The notes: generated by a model from the sequence alone, not told the origin. Shown: positions 50,425 through 63,521, counted from the first letter of the stretch. The stretch: DNA of 64,000 bases from Tubiluchus corallicola (GCA_030141605.1 JAQGDQ010000027.1:248001-312000), one strand, 5' to 3'. A program made the numbers and translations.

Positions 50425-51010
50425 AGATATAGAGACAAATTAGGCGTGCTACTAGAAAGTGATGGACAGATGAACTGAATGTGCTATTTGAAAGTGACAC
50501 AGAGGCAAGCTGGACACCCTGCTAGAACTAACACAGACAAAAAATATGCTACTAAAAGTGGCACAAAGACAATGTCACATTTGAAAGTGATATAGAGACA
50601 ATTTGAACATGCTACTTGAAAGTGGTGTAGAGACATTCTCAACATGCTAATTGAAAGTGACATATTGACAAATTGAACAGGCCACTTGAAGTTAACACAG
50701 AGATAAATTGAACATGTTACGTGAAAGTGATGAAGAGAAATACAAAAAATGCTACTAGAACACGACACAAACACAAACTGAACATACTACCAGAAGTGAT
50801 GCAGAAACAAATCGAACATCCTATTGGAAAATGATGTAGAGACAAACTGGTGTTTTTACTAGAAATAAATGCAAAAGAAATAGATGCAAAACGGAACATG
50901 CAGACAGCGATGCAGAAACAAACTAAACGTGCAAACTGGTGCGGTACTAAAAGTGATGGAGAAACATCGTTCGCTGAACAAGCAACTGGAAGTTATGCAG
51001 AGACAATTGC
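50425..51010. repeat. degenerate minisatellite, unit about 39 bp
   Basis: Repeated TGCTACT(TG)AAAGTGA...AGAGACAAATTGAACA units. Confidence 0.85.
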
Positions 51011-51139
51011 CGTTAACAATGTGTTCCTTGAACTGCTGTGACAAAAAAACAAGTTGTGGGTAGAATTTTCATTTGACAAATCCCTTATATTAATATTCTT
51101 GGTACTAGCCAAACCCCACAAAAAGAATTTTGTGCACAA

Positions 51140-51350
51140 ATCAACACACAACCCACACCACACCTCTCCACCTCATCACACCACACTGCACCACACCATA
51201 CCACTCCACCTCATCGCACCACACTGCACCACACAATACCACCACACCACACCGCACCACACCATACCACCTACACACCACACCACCCACACCATACCAC
51301 TCCACCACATCACACCGTATAGCACCACACCATAACACCACACTGCACCA
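51140..51350. repeat. (CACCA)n pentanucleotide repeat
   Basis: Directly visible; abuts the truncated transposase. Confidence 0.9.
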
Positions 51351-52726
51351 TGTCCTGAGGGTGTTCAACGATCGTGTCGTTGCATCGCTGAGACTTCGAG
51401 GAGCCCAGAATTCATTCAGCAAGTGCTACGCTGGTGGAATGTGGTAAATGTTTCTGCCAGAGGTCAAGACACGAGGATGAGAGACCCTGATCGATCTGTT
51501 CAACAAGATACATCTGATACTCTTCAGTCGTTGTTGACTCTGTTTAAGCAAACCGAATCAGGACACGGACCAAATAGAATTGAATGCCTGACACATGATA
51601 CGCGAAAAGCTTTGATTCAGACCACGGAGGGACTCCTCGCAATCTGTAGGCACTTGTTTTCTGTTGGATTTCACTATGTATTATTGCGTGAACTTCAGAG
51701 TGACAGAATAGAGGGTGAGTTCTCAGTTTACAGGCAGTCAAGGGGGGCCAATGCATTCATGCAAGCTGGAGATGTCTGTTCAGCATTCAAGCGGAGACTG
51801 GCGCGTTTCTCTGCATCATTCCTGGAGTTTGTGGACACAGACACATCATCCGAAATGCAGTTGCACACATGCAATGGGATTGATTTCGAGGATGCCAAAA
51901 TTATGGAGATTTGTGTTGACGAGACTCTTTCCAAAACTGAACTGAACGCGTGTGCATATGTCGCAGGTTGGTTGGAGAGTAAGTGCCAAAATGACATTTC
52001 TTTTCCTGAGGATGAGCCTCTCCTTTCTGAGGAAATGAAAATGTTCATTGAAGAAGTGTCTAGGGGAGGTCTTACAGTGCCCCACACATTCACGTTCGAA
52101 TTCGTAACAACTGGCTTGTGTTTTGTGAAGAAGTCAACTCACACAGTCTGCTGCCGCAACAAGCTCATGAACATCCTCTCCATAATCAATGCCTACTTTG
52201 ATTTTGGAGAATTTTCAAGAAATGCTCTGAGACGCCTGGCGAATGTACTGCTGCATGGACTACACAATTTGGAGAAGGATCACCAGCAGAACTCAGCCCT
52301 TTACCAGACCTCCATTAAGAAGGCGCGACTAGCCGACTAATTGTCGCAAACATCTCTGCAAAATGGTGAGTGCAATAATTTCATGTATTCTAATTTACAC
52401 AGATGAACCTATGAATGAGTTTATATAGTCCTGACAAAATGGTGCAGTCTGTTTATTCTCTATAGAAAGTGACAGGTAATCTTCGGGACACAATGAGTTG
52501 CAGATATGGTGTGTTTTTTTTTGGGGGGGGGGGGATATCATAGGTACCACTGTTTTTAAATTACTAGATGAATGAGGAATATGTTCTATGTGTATTGTGG
52601 CATGCTATAGGTCACCATGGGGGGTAAATATGTCCAAATTATTAGCACTAAATGTTAAAATTAGATCGCCTCCGCTAGCCGAACCAGAGATCTGAGCGTG
52701 CACGTCCTGTTGTATAGTAGTCCTTG
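51348..52726 (+). mobile_element. 5'-truncated P-element/THAP9-like DNA transposon
   Basis: VLRVFNDRVVASL, then a frameshift at ~51405, then EFIQQVLRWWNVVNV...LTHDTRKALIQT...YVLLRELQSDRIEGEFSVYRQSRGAN...YVAGW (P-transposase RNase H C-terminal half, QSDxxE catalytic motif), stop at 52340. The right end reads CAAGGACTACTATAC on the minus strand at 52726, like a P-element TIR. Confidence 0.82.
51423..52340 (+). pseudogene. P-element transposase C-terminal fragment, 305 open codons
   Basis: Open frame but no THAP or N-terminal half; upstream frameshift. Confidence 0.78.
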
Positions 52727-55700
52727 TCAAAAACATATTTTATTGCAGTTTCACCTGATTTTGTGCGCTTGGAATCACTGGAACCCTTCATTTTCAGTAA
52801 GTCCAGGGTAGACGTCTCGATCTACATGATCAGGCGATCCTAACTGGAAAAAGAGGAACGAAATTGTTTATTTTCTGTCATGTTAATGTCCTGTGACTAA
52901 TTAGTGCAAAATTAAACTATTGGCATTAATTAGTATGCTAGAAATAAGTTTTTTGTGAATTCTTTTACTTCTGAAAAATTATTTATTGTTTTTAAAATCA
53001 GGGAAAAACATGTCATCTGTACAACAAAACGGGTATCAAATGAATTTAAGATAATTTGTTCTTATACTAATCATCTCAGACAATTAGGCCCAAGGTAAGT
53101 GAATAGAGTAAAAGAGTGAGTTACAATATGAATGAATATCCATAGATCTAATTTGCCAGTAATACAGTGTTTCTGGTACAAAGTTCCACAGATAAAAATT
53201 CCGAAAAAAAACTTGCATTTATAAGCAGCTGTTCTATACTTTAGTGGCAGTTTACCGGGCACTATGAAAAACTGTTAAGAATCACTGACAAGATATCCTC
53301 AAAGGTTCTTTTTCAGAAATAGGGACAAAGGAGGTTTATTGTTTAATGTAGCAAAGTTATGGCCTTCCATGACATGATATTTGTGTACACATGTAAACTT
53401 ATCAGCTTTGTGTCACAACCATTTAGTTTGATCATTGATGCAATTTCTTTTGGTAAGTGGCGAAAAATAAAGGAACGAGTCTACATTACTTCCTTCTGGT
53501 GTGTCACTCCCCAATTTACCTATTATGGATATTCTTGCATTCATCTGAAGCGGTTCATGACGATTTGTTAGGAAGTTCTGTATTCGAGCTAGAGGTGCAC
53601 ATCGTGTACTCCATATTTGAGTTTGTTCTTCTTGCCATTGTGATTTGCTTAAATATTTTGTTGACATGATACGTGAAATCATGACTAATATTCAAGACTG
53701 ATAAAATTATTTGGTATTAAATTTCAAAGACTGTTAGAACGTAATTCATTACTGTATGAGTTACCTTTGGCAACATTTTGTCTGCGATTGCTTTAGCTTG
53801 AAGGTGCATTTCGCCGGCTCGCCAAGAAGTTGTATCACACCATCTAGAGGTCTCCTTCGTAAATGCAGACCGCTGATGCACTTCTCTGCCGCTTGAAGCA
53901 CGCTTTATAAACTTAATTCACTTTGCTTAATTGTCCCGGAACATTATAGCATTGTTTTAGAATTGTTTGTTATGGGCTTTTGGTGCACGGTAAAATGGTA
54001 CAAGTAAAAATGGCACAGTAAAGAAGGCACGGGAAAAAATGGGCACACTTGTAAAATTAGGATTAGGATTAGTAAAATGAGTTTAGGATTAGGGTTACCG
54101 TGGGGAATAATTGTTTTAGTTATTTTTTCCTCTGTTAAGGATGTTATGCATCAACGCTGTTTGTTTTTTTTGTCTGTTACACAGAACTAACCTATTAGGC
54201 ATAAATTATTGAACAGATTTCCACGAAACTAGGTGGCGGGTGGAGGACAAAAAAGCGCATTTGACGCAGATTCCTGGGCAGAGGGCGGGGATGAAAACTT
54301 GCAGGATGGTATTCGCTCATCTTTTTTCATAAAACTTGTCCGAAGACCGTTTGCTGCACTGGCGAATTGTGCACTGGCGAAGTAATATACAATCATTTAT
54401 TGTGTTATACCTGACTGCAATTCATCTGCAGTTTCGTACCAACAGAAATGAACTATGTACTGGATCAGTGACCGTAATATAAATTAAAGTTAATTTACTA
54501 AGGCAATGTGATCGGAAATAGAACCAACTTAGAAATTCTAAACTAAGCTAAGCAGATATATATAATGAAAAGACATTTTTTATTAATTATTTTTACAGCT
54601 GCCACCTGGAAATGATACTAACATTAACATAAAAAGAACAAAACAATTGAATGAAGAACATTAATGCTAAGTAGTAAAGTTTAGTTTCTATATAACAACA
54701 ACAAAGTAGGATGTACAAGTTTTGGATAACATATTTTAGTAGCACATTGATCCCAACACAGTACAAAAACCCTATCCTAAGTATCGAGTATCTCTTAATC
54801 TTAGTAAGACATCCTGGCATTGTATAGTTATGTTGTAAAAATTTCCACAAAACAGGGAAAATAAATGTACTAAAATCAAAATTAAAAAAAATATTTATTA
54901 GTGAAGCTCTAACGACTTTGTTTTGTGAAAAGCAAAATGCTCTCAATAGTGGCAACGTCACCAAGGTATCACTAAACGGCTTTAGTGACAGCTTTTGTGA
55001 CGCGTTTAGTGATGGCTTTGTAAAATCGCCTTCAGTTTTTAAAGTGCTCGGACAAGGACGTATTCCAAACGCCAACCGACTTCTTACCGAATTCTTACAA
55101 AGCGGAATCCAGTACATTGATTTCGTATTACATTATGGTACTTAAACCTGTACGTCAGACCTGAACATAAATATTTCGGGTAAGTAGGTAAGTAATTTAT
55201 TTGAATTTTACAATTTACGGAAACATTGAAAAAATATACAGTTATTTATGATAAGACAGCATGCATATATTATTAATGACAAGAACCAGGAGGTAAACTT
55301 GTTAAGTGTTTGCGTCGCTGTAAAAACGTCCAAATAGTTGAAAAACGAAAAAACCGTGGTATTTAAGTAGCTTAAAAGCAAAAAGCGGCACAAAACATGG
55401 ATGGAAGTCACACATAAAAGAATGTACAAAATGATTGGCTTGGGAAGATTCAGCTCAAAGAGATCAGAAAGCGCTCTAGTTTCAACTCAAAAAAGAACTC
55501 AAGGTGGAACAATAGGTAGTTACGGTGACTACTGAATTGATACAAGTAGGTATTAGATAACAGATATTATTTAACTGATGAGGCGAAGCGGTAAATGTTA
55601 TATCGGCATTTCACACTGAGGGCCGAGTTCCACAGTTTAGGTCCGCTAAATGTTTTGCAGTATTGGTTGTACAGCAACAGGGTTTGTAATCATTATAAAT

Positions 55701-56963
55701 AGTATTATGTGATTTCACGTTCTTAATTACAGGATTCTTGAAGTATGTAGGTAATAAATCGTTAATTTTTTAAACAAAAATTGCAGTGCTATATTTATTA
55801 GAATTCTGCAACAGGTATAGTATGAGTCAGTAAAGATAGTAAAGTTATGCACAGCGGTTTATATTAAGGGTACTTCTATGAACACAAGTTAGTCATCTTT
55901 CTTTCAGGTTTTAGTTCATTATAAATTTTTGCATCCAGCATTCTGAATATTTTACTCCAGCGCACAATCTCCATGATTTGCATCTACTATTTGATTCCAC
56001 AGCACCTGACTAATATATTTCAGCAAAAACTAAATATAGAACGATAAAACTTTGTTTGAACAACGCCATTGATTGGCAAAGAACGTCAACTGTTCAATTT
56101 GAATAAATTTAAAAAATCAGTTAAATTCTATTTGATCGTTGTTAATGACCTATTCAGTAATTGACGTATCTGCGTTAAGAATTATTGCTAGTATCCAAGA
56201 ACAGCTTTTTAGGGTTTTTCAATTATTAAAAACATTCAAGTGCCTTCCTATTGTAAAACCAATGTAATATGTAATAAATGTACTTCAAATTTCACAAGTT
56301 TCCCGATTACAATTTTGTTTTCCAATTGAATTATATAATTATAAATAATAATATTGTTAACTATGGTAGCAATCAGTAGAGGAAACACTAAAAAGCACTC
56401 GCTTCTTCTTCTTCATGGCAACCTTCACAAATTATTATTGTATTGCATCAATTTATTGTATTGATTGCAATAAGTTTGGCAAGCATTGTAATAAGTCATT
56501 GACTGGTTATTGTTAAACAAAATTTCTTTATTTAAAGATTTCTTAATGTTAATCATAAAGAAATCTGATGTGACACTGTGCTTGGTTAACGTTAATGGGG
56601 CTAAATACATGGATGAAAGTGCTGTAGCTCCAAGAGCCTTCCTAAGTATTGCTTAAACATACCCGTGAGTTAAATCAACAAATTTCTTTTAGATGCCGTT
56701 CTTGGCAAGACGATGTTTGAATGAACTATAATGACAGGAATAAGCATAACGAGATGCACTCACTGTTTTCATATTACGCAGATTGTGGTATTTAGAACCC
56801 TGGAAACAATTTTTCCAATATTTTCCTTTAGAATCCATTGTGTCACTATCCCATCTCTTTGTTCATTGAATGATTTCTTCCCAATCAACTACAATTTGCT
56901 TAACAAATAACTGTTTTTAAAAGCAGTTTGCGGTAGCAGCAAACGTGAATGTTTGTTACTATA

Positions 56964-57893
56964 CCGTAAAACGGGCCGAATATGGACGATGGGGTGAATA
57001 GGAGACAAATCCCAAGAAATTTATTAAAGGCTACTACTTTGCAGGAATAAGTAATGTACAGTTTATTATAATTTTATAAACCAGGCTGATGCGCAAATGC
57101 GTGTACTGTTTACCAAGAACTTACATTATTGTGAAGTCATTAGTTCCTGGTAGCCATGGCAACTGTGAACCGAAGACATATTAATAACACAAAAAATAAT
57201 GGTAGTCTGAACTTTTATTGCACAGGCTTAGTCATTAGTCCAGATGTGGTTATTTTGTCCTGGCCGTTGAGTGACTTATCTTCAGTAATACCCAACAATT
57301 TTTTCACTTTCGACTTTATTTTTTTGTGAATTTTTCAGCAATTTTAGACCTAGTTTGATGAAGACAACTGGGCGAATCGGGACAGCATGCCACGCACGTA
57401 TAAATGACTCCCTCCAGGAAAACAACACCAAGAACAGTACAATACTATGAGCAAAATGTTAAGTTCAGTTCCAAGACATGAAGCCAATTAGAGAGAATGA
57501 CAAATTTTGATGTTTGATGATATGCAACAGATTGTGTTAGCTAGGAGCAGTGCTGTCTAACCAAGCTTTGTAAATTTATCCTAGATGTCAAGATAACTGA
57601 TTTTGAAACACATTTTTGAAACCTAAGTTGTATCTCTAACCACTTCATGTAATGCAAGATGGGTACAAGAACTAAAAATAAGGTTGACCCTATTCACCCC
57701 AAAATCTGAGATGTATAAGGACACTGGTTTTTTAAAAAAACAATTTACGATTTTTGTCACAAGAACAATACCTTCAAAAGATAAATAATGAAATATGTGG
57801 CCATATAACTATCAAGCACAATTTAGAATAAAAACTAATAAAAAAGTAATGACAGTTTATATGTAAACTGTCCCTATTCACCCTGTTTTGCGG
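56964..57893 (+). mobile_element. pogo/Tigger-like deletion derivative
   Basis: TA-CCGTAAAACGGGCCGAATA / TATTCACCCTGTTTTGCGG termini; subterminal GGGGTGAATAGG repeats; internal ATGCCACGCACGTATAAA (MPRTYK, like the start of pogo transposases) at ~57387. Confidence 0.65.
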
Positions 57894-58149
57894 CTGTTTC
57901 CAGTTTATTAATTAGTGCAATTGCTTAAATTCTTGGGTGCTAGTACAAAGCTCCATGTTTGCCTGACGCAAGGCTAAAGCCGAAATGTTAGTTCTCAATA
58001 AAGATATTTTCAAAGCTAGCTTGGGTTTCGCTTTTTGTTTATTTTTTTAACTATACATGTATTTATAATGCACAAAAACAAAAAACACTTGGAATGCAGT
58101 AATGCACAACATGAATCCTTTGCCTTTATCAGCTACAAAATGATAATGG

Positions 58150-59076
58150 CTAATCATCTGGCAATACAAGTTGAAACTTGCAAATTAGTAACTTTTTGAA
58201 AGCTGTGCGAAATTCAGAGCTTCTTGTATAAACGAGTGGATACACTATAAGTCTAGAATAGCAAAGCATGTGCTCAAATAAATATGCCCATGGTTCTACA
58301 CCAAAGACACTGTGCACAATTTCAAAAACCATATACATTAATGATAGTACTATAAAAGACAACGTTGCACACCCCATTGTGACAGTGCATTTCTTTTCCA
58401 ACTGAGCACATTTCGAATTTTTATGAAAATTACCTAATTCTGTCGATATCTTAATTGCTTGCTGATGAGCCTTGCGCCATATGACACCATATACAATAAC
58501 CAGTCCAATAGATGGCAAAATGTACACGAAAACATATAATGCCGGAACATACGGATCTGAAAAGTTCCAATGGCAAGGAATTCCATTTTTTATCCAGCTA
58601 GGCAATAAAACAATGCATAATATCAGAGCAGCAAGTACCCAGGAAACGATCATTCCAGCAAGGGCTTTCTTTGCAGTTACAAATGCATGGTAACGCAACG
58701 GCAGAAATATGGATATGCACCTTTCGATCGCAATCAACCACAACACAAAGTAATCCACGGTAGAAAACTGCCACCAGGTGACGTGGTGATAACAGTGGAT
58801 GCTAGGAGACACATCAACTCCTTCAAAGAGCTTGGATAAACGAAACACTGTGAAAGGTGTTAAAACAATTACCATCAGGAGCCCATCCGCTGCCATACAA
58901 ATAACACCAAAGTTTCTGCAAACACGCAGACTTCGATACTTTACAACTGAGAGTAAAATCAGCGTATTAACAAAAGTACCAACTGCTGATATAATAAGCA
59001 AGTAAAAACAGTATGTGATGCTTCGTAGAATGTGAGATTGTTGCACTCCCACGCCTACACTACTATTATTATACAT
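58150..59076 (-). CDS. intronless class A (rhodopsin-like) GPCR, 308 aa, divergent orphan/chemoreceptor-like
   Basis: Seven hydrophobic segments; GxxxN in TM1; IAIERC (E/DRY variant); PLRY; YPLVY (NPxxY variant); FRTAFKKLL helix 8. Confidence 0.88.
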   Translation of the reverse strand: MYNNSSVGVGVQQSHILRSITYCFYLLIISAVGTFVNTLILLSVVKYRSLRVCRNFGVICMAADGLLMVIVLTPFTVFRLSKLFEGVDVSPSIHCYHHVTWWQFSTVDYFVLWLIAIERCISIFLPLRYHAFVTAKKALAGMIVSWVLAALILCIVLLPSWIKNGIPCHWNFSDPYVPALYVFVYILPSIGLVIVYGVIWRKAHQQAIKISTELGNFHKNSKCAQLEKKCTVTMGCATLSFIVLSLMYMVFEIVHSVFGVEPWAYLFEHMLCYSRLIVYPLVYTRSSEFRTAFKKLLICKFQLVLPDD

Positions 59077-59529
59077 GGCGAATGGTAGAATAAATCAGGA
59101 GTTTCACTCTTACAACATCTATTATAACAGTTATCTGTCAATCAATGTTCTATGTGCTCTAAAAACATGGCTTCAATGGTAGTATCATGTGTGTGTAAAT
59201 GTGAATATTATTTGAGCGCAAATATTTGAGGGTAAAGAGGAGTGCATTACAAACAATCAGTCAGGTACAAAAGCAATTAGGACATGGATTTCCGATTGAC
59301 AACTTTTGAGTTAACAACTCTATGTTATATGTTTGCTGTGACCTGAACACACAGTATTACATTTCGGTGCAAGTTACTGTTTAATTACTCATTAGTTGCA
59401 TCGCAAATCATGCTTTTGATACTTGTAGTGCATTCTGAAAATGCCCTTTTCATTGACATTGAATTATATTGCAATATAGAACAATAATAATAGTTATAAT
59501 TGATATCCATCACTTGTATGTTTAATTTT

Positions 59530-60405
59530 TTACCTACTCGTAACACGACGAGATGATATAAATAAGTATTTAATTCCAGATCTAAAATCAGCCATACTTG
59601 AATATATCAGTGGATGTATCAGAGTGCGTGAAACAGCTATAACTCGAAAGGTGAAGTAGAACCACAACGGCATACAATCATGACAAAAAATACCAATAAG
59701 TTCTATTATAACGTAAATCATCACACAGGTGAAGAAAGATACAACTATGAGTCCGATCGTTTTTGTTGCTTTATTTTCCATGACTATTTTCAACATGTGT
59801 GCTTCAGACAACGTGGATTCAGTTAGTGTTCTTTTGTAGTGAGATTCAGCTTTGTACCAAAGAAGGCCATAAAGAACAACTACACAGACCATGGGTATTC
59901 CAAAGAGCACAGCAAAACACAATTTAACGTAAAGTTCTTCAAATGACCAACTGCCTTTACAAGGAATTCCAGACTTCACCCAACCTGGAACTGTGAATAT
60001 ACAAACAACCAAACTAGAGAACATCCAAGTAAGAACTAGAACAATTGTAAGTCTGTCTTGAGTAACCAGTGTTGGGTACTGCAATGGCCAGTATATAGCA
60101 ACATATCTTTCAACGGCTATAACACAAATAACGTAGAAATCGACAACAGTCATCAGCCACCAAAAATAATCGAACAAGCAACGCTCACTTGACCTAAGCT
60201 TTGCTCCACCAAGCATTAATGGTAGATGGTAAGTGCAAAAAATACTGAAGAATAAACCACATAAAATCCCTTCGATGGCAATCGATATTAACGGCAAATT
60301 TCGCGTAGTGCGTAGTTTTCTAAACTTAATTATGGCAAATAACAGCAGTGTATTTAAAATGAATCCAAAAATCGATATCACAGAAATACAAGCAAACGAG
60401 ATCAT
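59530..60405 (-). CDS. intronless class A GPCR, 291 aa, paralogue of 58150-59076
   Basis: GFILN, IAVERY, WPLQY, ENKATKT, HPLIY, FRSGIKYLF; shares W.K.GIPC and VD(Y/F) motifs with its neighbour. Confidence 0.88.
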   Translation of the reverse strand: MISFACISVISIFGFILNTLLLFAIIKFRKLRTTRNLPLISIAIEGILCGLFFSIFCTYHLPLMLGGAKLRSSERCLFDYFWWLMTVVDFYVICVIAVERYVAIYWPLQYPTLVTQDRLTIVLVLTWMFSSLVVCIFTVPGWVKSGIPCKGSWSFEELYVKLCFAVLFGIPMVCVVVLYGLLWYKAESHYKRTLTESTLSEAHMLKIVMENKATKTIGLIVVSFFTCVMIYVIIELIGIFCHDCMPLWFYFTFRVIAVSRTLIHPLIYSSMADFRSGIKYLFISSRRVTSR

Positions 60406-61225
60406 GAAAACAAAATTTTATCAACCGAAACAAGAGTGTTATTCCTCTCACAACCAATGCTCTCATTGCCAGCCATGTAGTGTTTCAATTTTCTTAAATT
60501 TGATATCAGTATGAATTTGTCTGCTGAAAAAATTTCCCACTAATTCAGCTAAACATATAGGAAAAAATGCTTTGCTGCATTTGTGCACAACTATAATGCA
60601 GTTACAAATCGTTATGGTACTGGACATTTGTATGGACGCTTTTGTATGGCAAGTTGCATTGTCTTCTAATTTAGCTAAAATGCATTAATGTGTTTATCTT
60701 ATGTTGATTATAGACATTTGATATTTTTGCTCTACATTAGCATAATGTAGCAATCATATAATGTACAGAGATGAAAACTGTCAGTATAATAATGAATCAG
60801 CTACTGTGTTGTTCAAGCTTTTCCACTGTCAAACTATTATTATTGAAATGCCTACCAGACTGTGAACAAAGATGATAACTAACACTAGAAATATATGAAC
60901 ATTATATTATTTTTAGCAAAGTGAATAAGAAGCTTTTCAAACAATTTCCTGCCAAAACAAAATGCTTTTTCTAAAGCTTCCTTCATTGGTACTGCGTATC
61001 TAGAAATTTAAAAAGCAATTTTGACCTTCATTTCTTTTTGATTGTGGCACACCGTTGCCGCAAACCGGTACCTAAATGACATTTTTTGAAAGCTGAAATC
61101 TAACAAAAACAATATATTAAAAAACTAATAAATAAAAAACTAATTTTTTTATTACATGTCCTAATTCTTGTTACTAACAATAGTGAACAACAAACATTTA
61201 CATTTTTTTTAAATTTCTCTCTCTC

Positions 61226-63399
61226 TCAGCTTTCTGCTAACGTCTTTTGCCTTAGTTTCGACCGTGATTTTAAAACAATGTTTAATTCGGCCAAGTAGCC
61301 GGGCACAATGTGAAACTCGACTTTGCGTATGTCGCTTCTGTGCGAGTAACAACGCAGCTGTTCTTGCTGGAGAGCTAGGTTAAGGGCATCACTTTGCTGA
61401 AGTCTGTCAAGTTCATAGTATGGAAGCTTTAACTTCACAACTTGTTCACCATTCACCTAAACAGAATACTTGATTACCTTTGACGGTGCAACTATATCGT
61501 ACATGCAATGACAACAACAGTGACAATCAATGAAAAAAAATCCCACAGTTAACCCCAACAGACATGGAAGTTTTTCTAACACATTATTATGATATAACAA
61601 AGAATCCATAGTTATTATTAAACAAAGGAAGCTTATAAATTAAATAACTTGCCTTTTTCTGGTGAATCTCGAATGCATACATTGCCGTAAAGATCGCCAT
61701 GTTTCACGTATTTGACACTGATCTTTGGTGAGCTCATGACTGCACTTATTACGTCATTCATCTCGAACAAAGATTGTTCTTCAAATTTAATACAGCTAAC
61801 AACAAAGTAATAAAAAAAAGGTTTTAGCGTAAGCTTATAATATTAGCAAAAGTTTATAATAAAATAAATTGAATATTCATAATGAGAGTAGCATTTTAAG
61901 TTGTAAAAGCTTATATTATAGTCAGGGTTTAGTTTGATTCAGTTTTGATAAAGGAGCAAAAAACATAAATTTCAGATTACTGCTGTATTTTATTTATAGT
62001 TGAAAAACGGAAAAAATCACATAAATTGCCAATGTATGTATGTATGTATGTATGTATGTATGTATAACAGTTCTGACTGATGCAAATCTCTCCATGTGCA
62101 GGCACTAGTCAGTCAGTACATTAAAACACTAGTGTTAATTTAACAAACGATAAGATTTTCAACTTAAATAACATGAATTAGGCATAATATATATCGGCTG
62201 AGCATTAAACTATGCAGTAAATCATTTTAATTTAACAATACATGAATTTACACATCGAAAGGGGTGAAAAGGGTTAATCAGCCAGAACAGTAGAAATGTT
62301 GTACTCATTCTCCAGTGAATAAAGTTACTAGACCCAATGTATTTTTATTTAAACCTTTTGCTTGATTTTATAAAATTTTGAAATGTGTGCTTTTCTAAGT
62401 AATTATATTTTTTAAGTGTGACATCTTTATGCATTAACACTATAAAACACTTCTGAAAAAAATTCTATTAGTAATTTCATGTGATCACTTTTCATTTTTT
62501 CAATTGAAAATAAACTACAACAATAGTTCAAAATGTCAAGTTTTTCCTCCTGCCTTAATTGTGGTTTTTTCCATTAACTACATTATCTTTGTAAGCATGA
62601 ATAGTCAACTAACGTTTGCCTTCACTTTACAACACACAAAAAAGTTGAAATCTTTTACACTAACACACACATTCCCAATGTACTGCGTGTTTACACAAAA
62701 GTGTACAGCTACTTACTAAAACTCTGAAATCCAGTTCGTAAAATGTATCTAAATCAGGCCACGGTTGCTGAAGCAAAGGTGTATCCTGAAAGGGAAAAGC
62801 AAGTAAAGTATCAACATATCGAGTTAAATTGTGGAAAGCTCTTGGCCGTGGAACAGGTACAAAAACAGTTAGTTCTGATGAAGGAGCTTATTTACATCAG
62901 ATAACCCAACGGAACTAGCATTTTTCAGACAAAGCAGTAAATACTAGTTCCGTCGAGACATTCCAGCAAGTGACACTTGATGCCATCAAAATCATGAAGC
63001 TGCCTGGTCATATAGGAAGATTGTAAAAAATTACACATTTTTAAATGCACACTGATAACCATAAGTAGCACCTTGTTTCTTTATGATATCGAGTAGACAT
63101 CGTTGGTAGATACACAGGGCACACTGACGTCACACATCTTTCCAGTTTAGCTGTTTTTTGAGCTTTTGGAATTAACAATTGAAGACGATATGGTTCAATT
63201 ATAGGTTTAAAAAGTAAAAAAGACAGCAATGCTGTAAATTCTTTACCCAGTCGCAGTCAGACAGCTTGTTTGGAGCAGTTGCTAATCCTGCCCAAAGTTC
63301 GCTAGCCAAATGAGGAGCCAGTGGAGATAACATTATGACTAGAGTAGTTAATGCTCGTTCATATTCAACACCGCAACGAATCTCTTCGGGGTCTGCCTT
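61226..63399 (-). CDS. LARS2: mitochondrial leucyl-tRNA synthetase, last three coding exons; the rest lies beyond the window
   Basis: Phase-0 GT-AG exons 63399-63247, 62785-62717 and 61456-61226 give KADPEEIRCGVEYERALTTLVIMLSPLAPHLASELWAGL...CDW|DTPLLQQPWPDLDTFYELDFRVL|VNGEQVVKLKLP...LAES*. PLAPHxxSELW, QxWP and VxVNG are the anticodon-binding and C-terminal motifs of bacterial-type LeuRS. Minus-strand AATAAA at ~61150. Confidence 0.88.
62033..62065. repeat. (ATGT)n microsatellite
   Basis: Directly visible. Confidence 0.9.
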
Positions 63400-63521
63400 C
63401 TGTAAACAATCAGATTAAAACACTAGAGGAGGCTGTTTGCTGAATTTATTTCATTTGAATACAGGCATCGTATTAAACTACTATGCTATCAACAGATGTG
63501 AAGCTGAAATTATAATCAACT

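Noticed and set aside
50425-51010. CRISPR-like repeat array
   Set aside because: The units are contiguous degenerate minisatellite copies without unique spacers; eukaryotic context; no cas genes.
51054-51447. His/Thr/Pro-rich ORFs
   Set aside because: Translations of the (CACCA)n repeat; only the last ~20 codons of one frame belong to the transposase.
54593-55145. 174-aa ORF and TTAGTGAC-like short repeats
   Set aside because: No protein motifs; probably a decayed transposon end that I cannot classify.
55575-55597. CTGATGAGGCGAAGCGGTAAA as a hammerhead core
   Set aside because: No GAAA core or stem III; resembles a common GAGGCGAAGCCG repeat palindrome.
61681-61795. Open exon-like segment (CIKFEEQSLFEM...HGDLYGN) with a good acceptor inside the last LARS2 intron
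   Set aside because: Its only open frame needs a phase-2 acceptor, but the upstream LARS2 exon ends in phase 0 and already joins the final exon correctly.
18419-63399. Leucine theme (tRNA-Leu PBS and fragment, LARS2, amino-acid transporter) as one functional system
   Set aside because: LARS2 is mitochondrial and lies more than 30 kb from the element; tRNA-Leu priming is common; no sequence link is visible.
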